A stretch of DNA of 64,000 bases from Actinomycetes bacterium (GTDB lineage: Bacteria > Actinomycetota > Acidimicrobiia > Acidimicrobiales > Bog-793): NCBI GenBank assembly GCA_021797795.1, contig JAJZZB010000003.1:13659-77658 (forward strand), written 5' to 3'. The notes under the pieces were generated by a model. The model was given only the letters and a program-made list of their open reading frames with translations, did no database searches and was not told where the DNA came from. Each line of letters starts with the position of its first letter. The stretch's first letter is position 1. This document shows positions 56,174 to 64,000 of this stretch, piece by piece. Made by a program: the position numbers and the translations under genes.

Positions 56174-57048
56174 GAGACGATCTCGACGCGCTCATGGCAC
56201 AGACCCGCCAGGTCTATGACCCTCCTCACAGGACCGGCCAGGTCGACAAGCACGATGCGTCCTCCCTCGGGGAGCCGGGAGGCCACCTCGTAGATCGCCC
56301 GGAGTGAGCCGACGTCGATGAACGAGAGGCCCTTCAGATCCAGCTGGATCTCCGGGTTGACGGCCGCCCGAGCCTCGAGCGCCCGGACGAGCTCCTGGCG
56401 GTTGGACAGGTCGAGCTCGCCCGAGACCCGCAGCCCGAAGGGCCGGTCGACGGCGAGCAGGCGGGCGAGCGGGACGACGCCGAGCTCGGGGGCGGCTCCG
56501 GTGTGCTCCGCTTCGATGAGGACCGCCTCGGCCTCCTCGAGGAGGCACTCCTCGTACTGGCAGACGGTCGTGACCGCCACCTCGCGGCGGAGCTCGCCGG
56601 CGAGCCGCTCCCAGGCGAGCAGTTGCTCGAAGGAGCCGAGGGCGTCGCGGACGCGAGTCATCTCCGTCGCGAGGCGCAGCCCCGGAAAGCCGTCGGCCCG
56701 GGCGAGGTCGACGGACTCGCGCACCTGCCGCTCGAGCTCGTCGACGCGAAGCGGCCGGGCCGAAGGGAGGTCGTCGAGCGGGCGCACCACGAGCTGGCCG
56801 CTGCGGAGGGCGGGGTCGACCTCGACGCCGTCCTCGTGGAGGGCCCTCAGGACGGCGGCGGGCCGGTGCCTGCCCGAGACGTACATCACCCGCTCTCCCG
56901 AGCCGAGGGCGTCCTCGACGAAGGTGGCCGTCACCCGGCGCCGGTGCGCCTCGTCGCGGTACAGGCAGCACAGATGCCCCCGCGGGCGGTCCAGCGGTCT
57001 CCCCGGACCGGTCACGCCTCCCCCGCCGGCGGGTCCCACGCCGTTCAT
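56170..57048 (-). CDS. MEDS sensor domain + STAS domain
   Basis: GHLCCLYRDE..FVEDALGSGER, TVCQY; LRVSGELDLSN..DLKGLSFIDVGSL. Confidence 0.85.
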   Translation of the reverse strand: MNGVGPAGGGGVTGPGRPLDRPRGHLCCLYRDEAHRRRVTATFVEDALGSGERVMYVSGRHRPAAVLRALHEDGVEVDPALRSGQLVVRPLDDLPSARPLRVDELERQVRESVDLARADGFPGLRLATEMTRVRDALGSFEQLLAWERLAGELRREVAVTTVCQYEECLLEEAEAVLIEAEHTGAAPELGVVPLARLLAVDRPFGLRVSGELDLSNRQELVRALEARAAVNPEIQLDLKGLSFIDVGSLRAIYEVASRLPEGGRIVLVDLAGPVRRVIDLAGLCHERVEIVS

Positions 57049-57107
57049 GCCCTCTTGCCTACCCGCCGGGTGCGGGGCCTACCCCTGAGGGTCAGAAGGG
57101 TTGTGGG

Positions 57108-57851
57108 ATGCTGTCGCCAGTGTCGACCGTGACCATCGAAGCCGGCCCGGGACGGCTCCCGCTCTATCTCTCCCGCCCCGAGGACGAGGGCCCGTGGCCG
57201 GGCGTCGTCGTCGTCCACGACGCCCTCGGGATGAGCGCCGACCTGCGCGCCCAGGCGGACTGGCTGGCGGGTGCCGGCTACCTGGCAGCCGCCCCGGACC
57301 TGTTCGACGGCAGGAGCAAGGCGGCGTGCATGGTCTCGATCATGCGGGAGGTGCGGACCGGGTCCGGCCCGACCTTCGACCGGATCGAGGCTGCCCGCCG
57401 GATGCTCGCCACCAGCTCCGAGTGCACCGGCTCGGTCGGCGTGATCGGCTTCTGCCTCGGAGGTGGCCTCGCCCTCGTGCTCGCCCCGGGGCACGGTTTC
57501 GCCGCCTCGAGCGTCAACTACCCAACGGCCCCGAAGCGGGCCTACGACCACCGCCTCCTCGAGGGAGCCTGCCCGATCGTGGCGAGCTACGGCGGGCGGG
57601 ACCGGATGCTTCGGGGGGCTGCCGCACGACTCGAGGGGGCTCTGGCGGCGGCGGGCGTCGCCCACGACGTGAAGGAGTACCCCGAGGCAGGCCACGGCTT
57701 CCTGAACGACCACGAGTCGGCCGGAGAGGGGGCGGGTGGCCTGTTCGGCGTCGTCGCCAAGCTCACGCCGGGCGCCGGCTACCACGAGCCGTCGGCGCAG
57801 GACGCCCGGCGACGGATCCTCGCCTTCTTCGACGCCCACCTGCGCAGCTGA
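57108..57851 (+). CDS. Dienelactone hydrolase family protein
   Basis: GVVVVHDALG, GVIGFCLGG (Cys nucleophile), YPEAGHGF; start may be GTG 57120. Confidence 0.9.
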   Translation: MLSPVSTVTIEAGPGRLPLYLSRPEDEGPWPGVVVVHDALGMSADLRAQADWLAGAGYLAAAPDLFDGRSKAACMVSIMREVRTGSGPTFDRIEAARRMLATSSECTGSVGVIGFCLGGGLALVLAPGHGFAASSVNYPTAPKRAYDHRLLEGACPIVASYGGRDRMLRGAAARLEGALAAAGVAHDVKEYPEAGHGFLNDHESAGEGAGGLFGVVAKLTPGAGYHEPSAQDARRRILAFFDAHLRS

Positions 57852-58090
57852 GGGGCTCGGGCAGCCTGTCGCGCACGCTCGACGAGCATGCCGAGGTGCC
57901 TCCGGCGGTGCAGGCTCCTGCCAGCCCGTGCTCGCGGAAGGAGGTCGACCGGCAGAACGGCCCCGCAGCCGACCACGATCGGAGCCCGCAACGGGCTCGG
58001 AGATGGAGGCCGGCCTGCGTCGTATCATCCCGGCTGGTCCGCCAGATGCTCCGCTCCCGGCGCGGCGGCAGGCGACAAAGGAGGGATGCC

Positions 58091-58348
58091 GTGCTCACCG
58101 TCTACGGCGTCGTCGTCGTCACCTTCATGATGGTGATGTACGCCCTCGAGCCGCGGGACCACCGCTTCATCGCCGCCTTCGCACTCGGCTGCGCCCTCTC
58201 CTCGAGTTACGGCTTCCTCGCCGGCACGTGGCCCTTCGGTGTCGTCGAGGCGGTCTGGTGCCTCGTCGCCCTCCGCCGCTTCCTCGGCTCCCGGGCCGCC
58301 GCCCGAGCCGCCCCGGCGACGGCCGGGCCAGCCGGGGAGGGTGGCTGA
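58091..58348 (+). CDS. Small membrane protein (about 3 TM, unknown function)
   Basis: LTVYGVVVVTFMMVMYALE..FALGCALSSSYGFLAGTWPFGVVEAVW; GC3-biased codons. Confidence 0.7.
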   Translation: MLTVYGVVVVTFMMVMYALEPRDHRFIAAFALGCALSSSYGFLAGTWPFGVVEAVWCLVALRRFLGSRAAARAAPATAGPAGEGG

Positions 58349-58366
58349 ATCCGCCACACTGGAGTC

Positions 58367-60046
58367 ATGCCAGCCCAATTCATCTTCACCATGCGCGACC
58401 TCAGGCGGTTCTACCCGCCCGACCGCGAGGTGCTGAGGGGCATCAACCTCTCCTTCTACCCGGGCGCCAAGATCGGCGTCATCGGCTCGAACGGCTCGGG
58501 CAAGTCCTCGCTGCTCAAGATCATGGCCGGCCTCGACGACGGCTACTCAGGCGAGGCCCGGCTCACTCCCGGCTTCGGCGTCGGCCACCTCCCACAGGAG
58601 CCGGAGCTCGACGACTCGAAGGACGTCGCCGGCAACGTCGCCGACGGCGTCGCCGGGTCCAAGGCGATCCTCGAGCGCTTCAACGAGGTCTGCGCCGCCT
58701 TCGGCGAGCCGGACGCCGACTTCGACGCCCTCCTCGCCGAGCAGGCCGAGCTGCAGAACAAGATCGACGCCGCCGGCGCCTGGGAGCTCGAGCGGACGAT
58801 CGAGATCGCCATGGATGCACTGCGCCTCCCGCCTGCGGACGCCCGGGTCGAGACCCTGTCGGGCGGCGAGCGCCGCCGGGTGGCGCTCTGCCGCCTGCTG
58901 TTGTCCAAGCCCGACCTTCTGCTCCTCGACGAGCCGACGAACCACCTCGACGCCGAGTCGGTCGCCTGGCTCGAGCGGACCCTGAAGGAGTACCCGGGCA
59001 CCGTCGTCGCCGTCACCCACGACCGCTACTTCCTCGACAACGTCGCCGGCTGGATCCTCGAGCTCGACCGGGGGGCGGGGATCCCCTGGGAGGGGAACTA
59101 CAGCTCCTGGCTCGAGCAGAAGCAGTCGCGCCTCTCGGCGGAGGCGAAGGCGGACCGCTCGCGCGAGGAGGCGCTCCGGCGCGAGCTCGAGTGGATCCGG
59201 ATGTCCCCCCGGGCCCGCCAGGCCAAGGGCAAGGCGCGCATCAACGCCTTCAACGACCTCGTGGCCGAGGCCGAGGCGGCCGAGCGGCGGCCCGACCGGC
59301 TCGAGATCACCATCCCGCCCGGTCCCCGCCTCGGCGACCAGGTGATCGACGCCGAGCACCTCGTGAAGGGCTTCGGCGACCGCCTCCTCGTCGACGACCT
59401 CTCGTTCCTCCTGCCTCCAGGCGGCATCGTCGGGGTGATCGGGCCGAACGGCGCCGGCAAGACGACGCTGTTCAGGATGATCGTCGGCGAGGACAAGCCC
59501 GACTCGGGCAGCCTCGAGACCGGCTCGACCGTGGCGCTCGCCTACGTCGACCAGTCCCGGGAGGCACTCGACCCCGGCGCCACCGTCTTCGACGAGATCA
59601 CGGGCGGCGTGGAGCGGATCGTCGTCGGCAACCGGGAGGTGCACGCCCGCGCCTACGTCTCGAGCTTCGGCTTCAAGGGAAGCGACCAGCAAAAGCTCGT
59701 CGGCCAGCTCTCGGGGGGCGAGCGGAACCGGGTGCAGCTCGCCAAGGTGCTCAAGGCCGGCGGCAACGTCCTGCTCCTCGACGAGCCGACGAACGACCTC
59801 GACGTCGACACGCTGCGCGCCCTCGAGGAGGCTCTGGTGGCCTTTCCCGGCTGCGCCGTCGTGATCAGCCACGACCGCTGGTTCCTCGACCGGATCTCGA
59901 CCCACGTCCTCGCCTTCGAAGGCGACTCCGAGGTCCGCTTCTTCGAGGGCAACTTCAGCGACTACGAAGCGGACCGCCACAAGCGGCTCGGCCTCGAGGC
60001 GGACCAGCCGCACCGGATCGCCTACAAGCCGCTCACCCGGAGCTGA
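58367..60046 (+). CDS. ettA: Energy-dependent translational throttle ABC-F protein
   Basis: FYPGAKIGVIG, two ABC domains, LSGGERRRVALCRLLL, ELEWIRMSPRARQAKGKAR, YVDQSRE, HRIAYKPL; leaderless-type CACACT 6 nt upstream. Confidence 0.95.
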   Translation: MPAQFIFTMRDLRRFYPPDREVLRGINLSFYPGAKIGVIGSNGSGKSSLLKIMAGLDDGYSGEARLTPGFGVGHLPQEPELDDSKDVAGNVADGVAGSKAILERFNEVCAAFGEPDADFDALLAEQAELQNKIDAAGAWELERTIEIAMDALRLPPADARVETLSGGERRRVALCRLLLSKPDLLLLDEPTNHLDAESVAWLERTLKEYPGTVVAVTHDRYFLDNVAGWILELDRGAGIPWEGNYSSWLEQKQSRLSAEAKADRSREEALRRELEWIRMSPRARQAKGKARINAFNDLVAEAEAAERRPDRLEITIPPGPRLGDQVIDAEHLVKGFGDRLLVDDLSFLLPPGGIVGVIGPNGAGKTTLFRMIVGEDKPDSGSLETGSTVALAYVDQSREALDPGATVFDEITGGVERIVVGNREVHARAYVSSFGFKGSDQQKLVGQLSGGERNRVQLAKVLKAGGNVLLLDEPTNDLDVDTLRALEEALVAFPGCAVVISHDRWFLDRISTHVLAFEGDSEVRFFEGNFSDYEADRHKRLGLEADQPHRIAYKPLTRS

Positions 60047-60066
60047 CCGCCCGCGGCGAGCCTGCC

Positions 60067-60832
60067 ATGTGCCCCGCACGATCGGTCTCCTTCGAGCGCC
60101 TCGCCGGCGGCTACGACGCCACGCGGGGAGGTCTCGCCCGCGGCGCGGGCGTGGCGGCGGATCTGGCGCCCTTCGTCGCCGGCTCGAGGCTGCTCGAGGT
60201 CGGCGTCGGCACCGGGGCCGTCGCCGCCCCGCTCGAGGCGGCGACGCCGCCGCCTCGTCGGGGTCGACCTCTCCCCGGCCATGCTCGCCGTGGCGGCGGG
60301 GCGGCTCGGCCCGGCCGTCGCCGTGGCCGATGCCGAGCGGCTCCCCGTGTCGGCTGGCGCCGTCGACACCGTCGTCATGGTGTGGGTCCTGCAGCTCGTC
60401 GCCCGCGTGGAGCGCGTCCTCGAGGAGGCGGTCCGCGTCCTCCGGCGCGGCGGGCACCTCGCGGTCGTGCTGGCGGCGCCTGCCGGGCCGCCCGACGAGA
60501 TCGACGGGATCGTCCGGCCCATGTACCTCGCCCTGCTCCCGCCCGAGGGGCGACAGGACCGCCCCGAGCTCGTCGTCGAGCTCGCCAGGGCCGCCGGGCT
60601 CCGCCTCGTCCACCGGTGCCTCACGACCCCGCAGCACTACGGCGAGAGCCCTGCAGAGGAGGCCGACCGGCTCGAGCGACGGACCGCCGCCATCCTGCTC
60701 GACCTCTCGCCCGAGGCCTTCGCGGACCTGGTCGCCCCGGTGGTCGCCGCGCTGCGCGCCCTCCCCCGGCCCGACGAGGCGCGACGGCGCAGCGCCGTCC
60801 ACGACCTCCTCGTCTTCAGGCGGGAGCCCTGA
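60067..60832 (+). pseudogene. Class I SAM-dependent methyltransferase with a frameshift near 60250 (pseudogene or assembly error)
   Basis: SFERLAGGYDATRG..LLEVGVGTG in one frame; RLVGVDLSPAML..ADAERLP..VRVLRRGG continues in the next frame. Confidence 0.75.
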
Positions 60833-60858
60833 GCGCCCGCCGGCCGTAGGCTGAGCCG

Positions 60859-61599
60859 GTGGACGGGCGGATGTGGCTCCAGGCGATCGGGGAGCACTGC
60901 GAGGCCATTGCCACGGTCGCCGTCGGCAACCTCGAGGCGGCGGTGGAGCACTGCCCCGGCTGGGACGTCGCCGCCCTGCTCGAGCACCTCGTCGAGGTCC
61001 ACTGGTTCTGGTCGACGATCGTCGCGGAGCGCCTGACGAGCCCGCCCGAGGAGGGCCGCCGCCCGCCCCCGCCGGAGCGTGAGCACCTCGTCGGGTCCTT
61101 CCGCGACGGTGCCGCCCGCCTCGTCGAGGTGCTGACGGCGGCGCCCTTCTCGGCACACGTGTGGACCTGGGCGCCCGCCCGCCAGGACGTGGCCTTCGTC
61201 GCCCGGCACCAGGTCCAGGAGGCAGCGGTCCACCACTTCGACGCCGCCCACGCGGCCGGGCGCCGCCTCGTCCTCGACGACGCCCTCTCCGCCGACGCCG
61301 TCGAGGAGTTCCTCACCTTCTCCCTCTCGACCGCCGCCGACCCGGCCGAGCCCGCCCGGCCGCCCCTTCACGGCCAGCTCGTGCTCGCCTGCACCGGGGC
61401 GGGCCGGGCCTGGACCATCGGCGACGACGTCGTCCCGGGCACGCTCCGGGTCTCCAACGGCGCGGCGGCCGACGTGCCCACCCTCACGGCGTCGGCCTCC
61501 GACCTCCTGCTCTGGCTCTACGGGCGGGTCGAGCTGGACGACCGCCACATCCCGCCCGATCTCCTCGCCCGCTTCCGGGCGCTCACCTTCACCGATTGA
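60859..61599 (+). CDS. Maleylpyruvate-isomerase-family mycothiol-dependent enzyme (MDMPI)
   Basis: VEHCPGWDVAALLEHL, ARHQVQEAAVHHFDA, ASDLLLWLYGR. Confidence 0.88.
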   Translation: MDGRMWLQAIGEHCEAIATVAVGNLEAAVEHCPGWDVAALLEHLVEVHWFWSTIVAERLTSPPEEGRRPPPPEREHLVGSFRDGAARLVEVLTAAPFSAHVWTWAPARQDVAFVARHQVQEAAVHHFDAAHAAGRRLVLDDALSADAVEEFLTFSLSTAADPAEPARPPLHGQLVLACTGAGRAWTIGDDVVPGTLRVSNGAAADVPTLTASASDLLLWLYGRVELDDRHIPPDLLARFRALTFTD

Positions 61600-61644
61600 G
61601 CCCTGCGGGCGGTGCCAGCGCTCGGCGGCCGATAGTTTCGTGAC

Positions 61645-61893
61645 GTGTCTGACTACGTGATCCCGGAGCCGGAGCCGAAGGAGATCGACGAGAAGCTGTC
61701 GATCGAGCTGCGCCACCTGGCCGACAACGCAGTGTTGAAGGGCCGTCCCTCGGGCGAGGAGCACTGCGAGAGCTGCCGGTACTACCTCGAGCCCTACAAG
61801 GACATCTCGTACTGCTGGCACCCGAAGCTGCGGATCCTCGTCGGCGACCAGTGGTGGTGCCAGTGGTGGGAGGAGAGCCCGGCCGACGACTGA
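61645..61893 (+). CDS. Small HiPIP-like 4-Cys iron-sulfur protein without signal peptide
   Basis: C-x2-C-x12-C-x14-C with W-C-x2-W ending (CESCRYY..YCWHPKLRILVGDQWWCQWW); TAGTTT -10 just upstream of GTG. Confidence 0.65.
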   Translation: MSDYVIPEPEPKEIDEKLSIELRHLADNAVLKGRPSGEEHCESCRYYLEPYKDISYCWHPKLRILVGDQWWCQWWEESPADD

Positions 61894-62004
61894 GACCCAC
61901 TGTCACAGCGCGACGGCGCTGGCAGCCGGGCTGACATCACGAGCGGTCCCCCGCGCGCCTAGGCTCCGCCAGCGGCCAGCGGTAGCCGGATCGGAGGAAG
62001 AGCG

Positions 62005-63207
62005 ATGACGGCTACGCCAGCGGTCGAAGCCTGGGAGAGCGACTTCGACGTCATGGACCCGGGGTACCTCTCCGACCCCTTCTCGATCTGGGACGAGCTC
62101 CGGGGCTCCTGCCCGATCGCCCACAGCAACCGGCGGGGCAGCAACTGGTTGCCGACGCGCTACGAGGACGTGACGGTCATCGCCCACGACATCGAGCACT
62201 TCAGCTCGGTGGAGGTGGCGGTGATCCCCTTCAAGGGCGAGGAGCCCGAGGAGCCGGTGCTGGCCTACGGCCTGCCGCCGATCTCGGCCGACCCGCCGCT
62301 GCACACCTGGACGCGCCGCCTCCTGCTGCCCTGGTTCTCCCACCGCAAGGTGGCGTCCTACGAGCCGATGACGAGGGAGCTCTGCCGCCGCCTGATCGAC
62401 GGCTTCGGCTCCGAGCACGGGGTGGACGCCGCCGCCGACTACGCCCAGCAGATCCCGGTCCGGGTGATCGCCCGCGTCCTCGGGGTCCCGGCCGACCTCG
62501 CCGACACCTTCACGGGATGGGTGCGCGACGTCCTCGAGTTCGCCGACGACGCCGAGCGGCGCCAGCGGGGGATGGGGTCGCTCATCGACTACCTGCTGCC
62601 CGAGCTCGAGCGCCGCCGGAGCGAGCCCGGCGACGACCTGTTGAGCGAGCTGCTCGCGAGCGAGGTCGACGGGCGACCGATCGAGGACAGCGTCGTCGTC
62701 GGCGCGGCGGCCCTCGTCCTCATCGCCGGCGTCGACACCACCTGGAGCGCCATCGGCTCCTCGCTCTGGCACCTCGCCACCCATCCCTCCGACCGCGCCC
62801 GGCTCGTCTCGGACACCGAGGTCTGGCCGCTCGCGGTCGAGGAGCTGCTGCGCGCCTACTCGCCGGTCACGATGGCCCGCCTCGTCACCGAGGACGTCGA
62901 GTTCCAGGGCTGCCCCATGCGAGCCGGCGACCGCGTCCTCATGAACTTCCCGGCCGCCAACCGCGACCCGGAGGTCTTCCCCGAGGCGGACCGCGTCGTC
63001 CTCGACCGGGCACACAACCGCCACGTGGCGTTCGGGTCCGGGATCCACCGCTGCGCCGGCTCCAACCTCGCCCGCATGGAGCTGAGGGTCGCTCTCGAGG
63101 AGTGGCTCGCCGCCATCCCCGACTTCCGCCTGGCCGACGAGGCGGAGGTGACCTGGGCGGGCGGCCAGGTGCGGGGACCCCGGTGCCTCCCGGTGGTCTT
63201 CTCGTGA
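62005..63207 (+). CDS. Cytochrome P450
   Basis: DPPLHT, IAGVDTT (I-helix), EELLR (ExxR), AFGSGIHRCAG (heme Cys); GGAGG RBS. Confidence 0.95.
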   Translation: MTATPAVEAWESDFDVMDPGYLSDPFSIWDELRGSCPIAHSNRRGSNWLPTRYEDVTVIAHDIEHFSSVEVAVIPFKGEEPEEPVLAYGLPPISADPPLHTWTRRLLLPWFSHRKVASYEPMTRELCRRLIDGFGSEHGVDAAADYAQQIPVRVIARVLGVPADLADTFTGWVRDVLEFADDAERRQRGMGSLIDYLLPELERRRSEPGDDLLSELLASEVDGRPIEDSVVVGAAALVLIAGVDTTWSAIGSSLWHLATHPSDRARLVSDTEVWPLAVEELLRAYSPVTMARLVTEDVEFQGCPMRAGDRVLMNFPAANRDPEVFPEADRVVLDRAHNRHVAFGSGIHRCAGSNLARMELRVALEEWLAAIPDFRLADEAEVTWAGGQVRGPRCLPVVFS

Positions 63208-63398
63208 GGATCCGCGTCGACCCAGAGAAGTGCCAGGGGCACGCCCGCTGCTACGGCCTCGCCCCCGAGCTGTTCGACATCGACGACTACGGGCTCTCGA
63301 GCGTCGCCGGCGACGGCACCGTCCCGCCCGAGCTCGAGGAGAGGGCCCGCCTCGCCATCGCCAACTGCCCCGAGTACGCCATCGGGGAGACCGGCTGA
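63204..63398 (+). CDS. [3Fe-4S]-type ferredoxin (P450 partner)
   Basis: CQGHARC..APELF..NCPEYAI; GTGA overlap with the P450. Confidence 0.9.
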   Translation: MRIRVDPEKCQGHARCYGLAPELFDIDDYGLSSVAGDGTVPPELEERARLAIANCPEYAIGETG

Positions 63399-63522
63399 CC
63401 GGGCGCCGGGCCGCCGTTCTCGACGGGGTCCGGGCCGATCCTGCCCCTCGAGCCGGCTGACCCAGGTACCCTGGGGCCACGACCGCCACGGACACGCCAC
63501 CACCCGCCCGGCCGCCCATGAG

Positions 63523-64000
63523 ATGAGCGTCCCACCCGCGCGCCCCGAGCTGCGGGAGCTCGCCGGGGAGGCCCTCCAGGCCGTCGAGCATGGGCATGAC
63601 GCCGTCGTCGGCCGCGTCGTCTCCTTCCAGGGCATCGGGGGGCGCCGGGCCGGCGAAGCAGTGCTGGCCCGGCCCGACGGCTCGCTGAGCGGGCACCTGC
63701 TCGGCGGCGCCGCCCCGATCCCTCCGGGCGCGCTCGTCGGACCGGTCCGCCTGCTCGAGCTGCCCGTGGGCGACGAGGAGGCGGTGGCGGCGGGCCTCGC
63801 CTGCGGCGGCGTCGCCACGGTTCTCGTCACCGACGCCGACGTCGTGCCTGCGGCGGCCTGGCGTGCGCTCTCCGAGGGCATGGCGGTCGCGATGGCCACC
63901 ACCCTCGAGGGGGAGTCCGGGGGCGTCGTGGCCGTCGTGGCCGACCGGGCCACCGGCTCGCTCGTCCGGTACGGCGGGCTGGCCGACGAAGCCGCCGACG
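63523..64000 (+). CDS. xdhC: XdhC/CoxI-family molybdoenzyme maturation protein, 3' end runs off the window
   Basis: Manual translation: VVGRVVSFQGIGG, DGSLSGHLLGG, GDEEAVAAGLACGGVATVLV. Confidence 0.7.
   Translation, partial: MSVPPARPELRELAGEALQAVEHGHDAVVGRVVSFQGIGGRRAGEAVLARPDGSLSGHLLGGAAPIPPGALVGPVRLLELPVGDEEAVAAGLACGGVATVLVTDADVVPAAAWRALSEGMAVAMATTLEGESGGVVAVVADRATGSLVRYGGLADEAAD

Noticed and set aside
51771-56195. Apparent giant fusions in the ORF track (1474-aa urease, 1075-aa OYE, 970-aa hydantoinase A, 1077-aa GH51, 962-aa MFS)
   Set aside because: N-terminal extensions are read-through of off-frame sequence; real starts are internal GTG/TTG/ATG at gene junctions
60235-60262. Programmed ribosomal frameshift in the methyltransferase
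   Set aside because: No slippery heptamer or evident stimulatory structure
1-64000. CRISPR arrays, tRNA/rRNA, riboswitches, IS elements, defence systems
   Set aside because: No regular repeat-spacer pattern, cloverleaf, transposase/integrase or defence ORF recognised by eye; an Infernal/tRNAscan/DefenseFinder run would be needed to exclude weak cases

Overview
Very GC-rich window (visually >70%, not computed) from an actinobacterium, most plausibly Acidimicrobiia. That is inferred from codon usage, mycothiol-type DinB/MDMPI genes, MEDS proteins and several leaderless promoters. No rRNA, tRNA, CRISPR array, IS element, integrase or prophage was recognised. Four zones: (1) 1-15 kb: acyl-CoA/redox cluster with a 4-hydroxybenzoyl-CoA-reductase-like Mo enzyme (C-A-B order, extra [4Fe-4S] in the flavin subunit, Glu->Gln at the apparent active-site position), a 7Fe ferredoxin, an FrhB-family protein, LeuA- and LeuCD-like enzymes without LeuB, a BadH-like SDR, a CoA-transferase-fold pair lacking the transferase Glu, a non-canonical crotonase, TetR and an orphan binding protein. 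(2) 15-30.6 kb: low-density accessory zone with gene debris, a secreted GH51-like hydrolase carrying a phage/eCIS baseplate-like insertion, two MFS transporters and small genes. (3) 30.7-57 kb: a 14-gene amide/lactam/amino-alcohol catabolic operon beside a LuxR regulator whose sensor is a paralogue of the operon's own binding protein; then an OYE-type oxidoreductase behind a divergent urease with no accessory genes, LacI and a MEDS anti-sigma/MEDS-STAS pair. (4) 57-64 kb: ettA, a frameshifted methyltransferase, MDMPI, a signal-less HiPIP-like protein, P450-ferredoxin and xdhC. Best candidates for undescribed biology: the Mo-reductase/ring-cleavage cluster, the LuxR-binding-protein regulator with its operon, the baseplate-domain glycoside hydrolase, the cytoplasmic HiPIP-like protein and the orphan urease-like enzyme.
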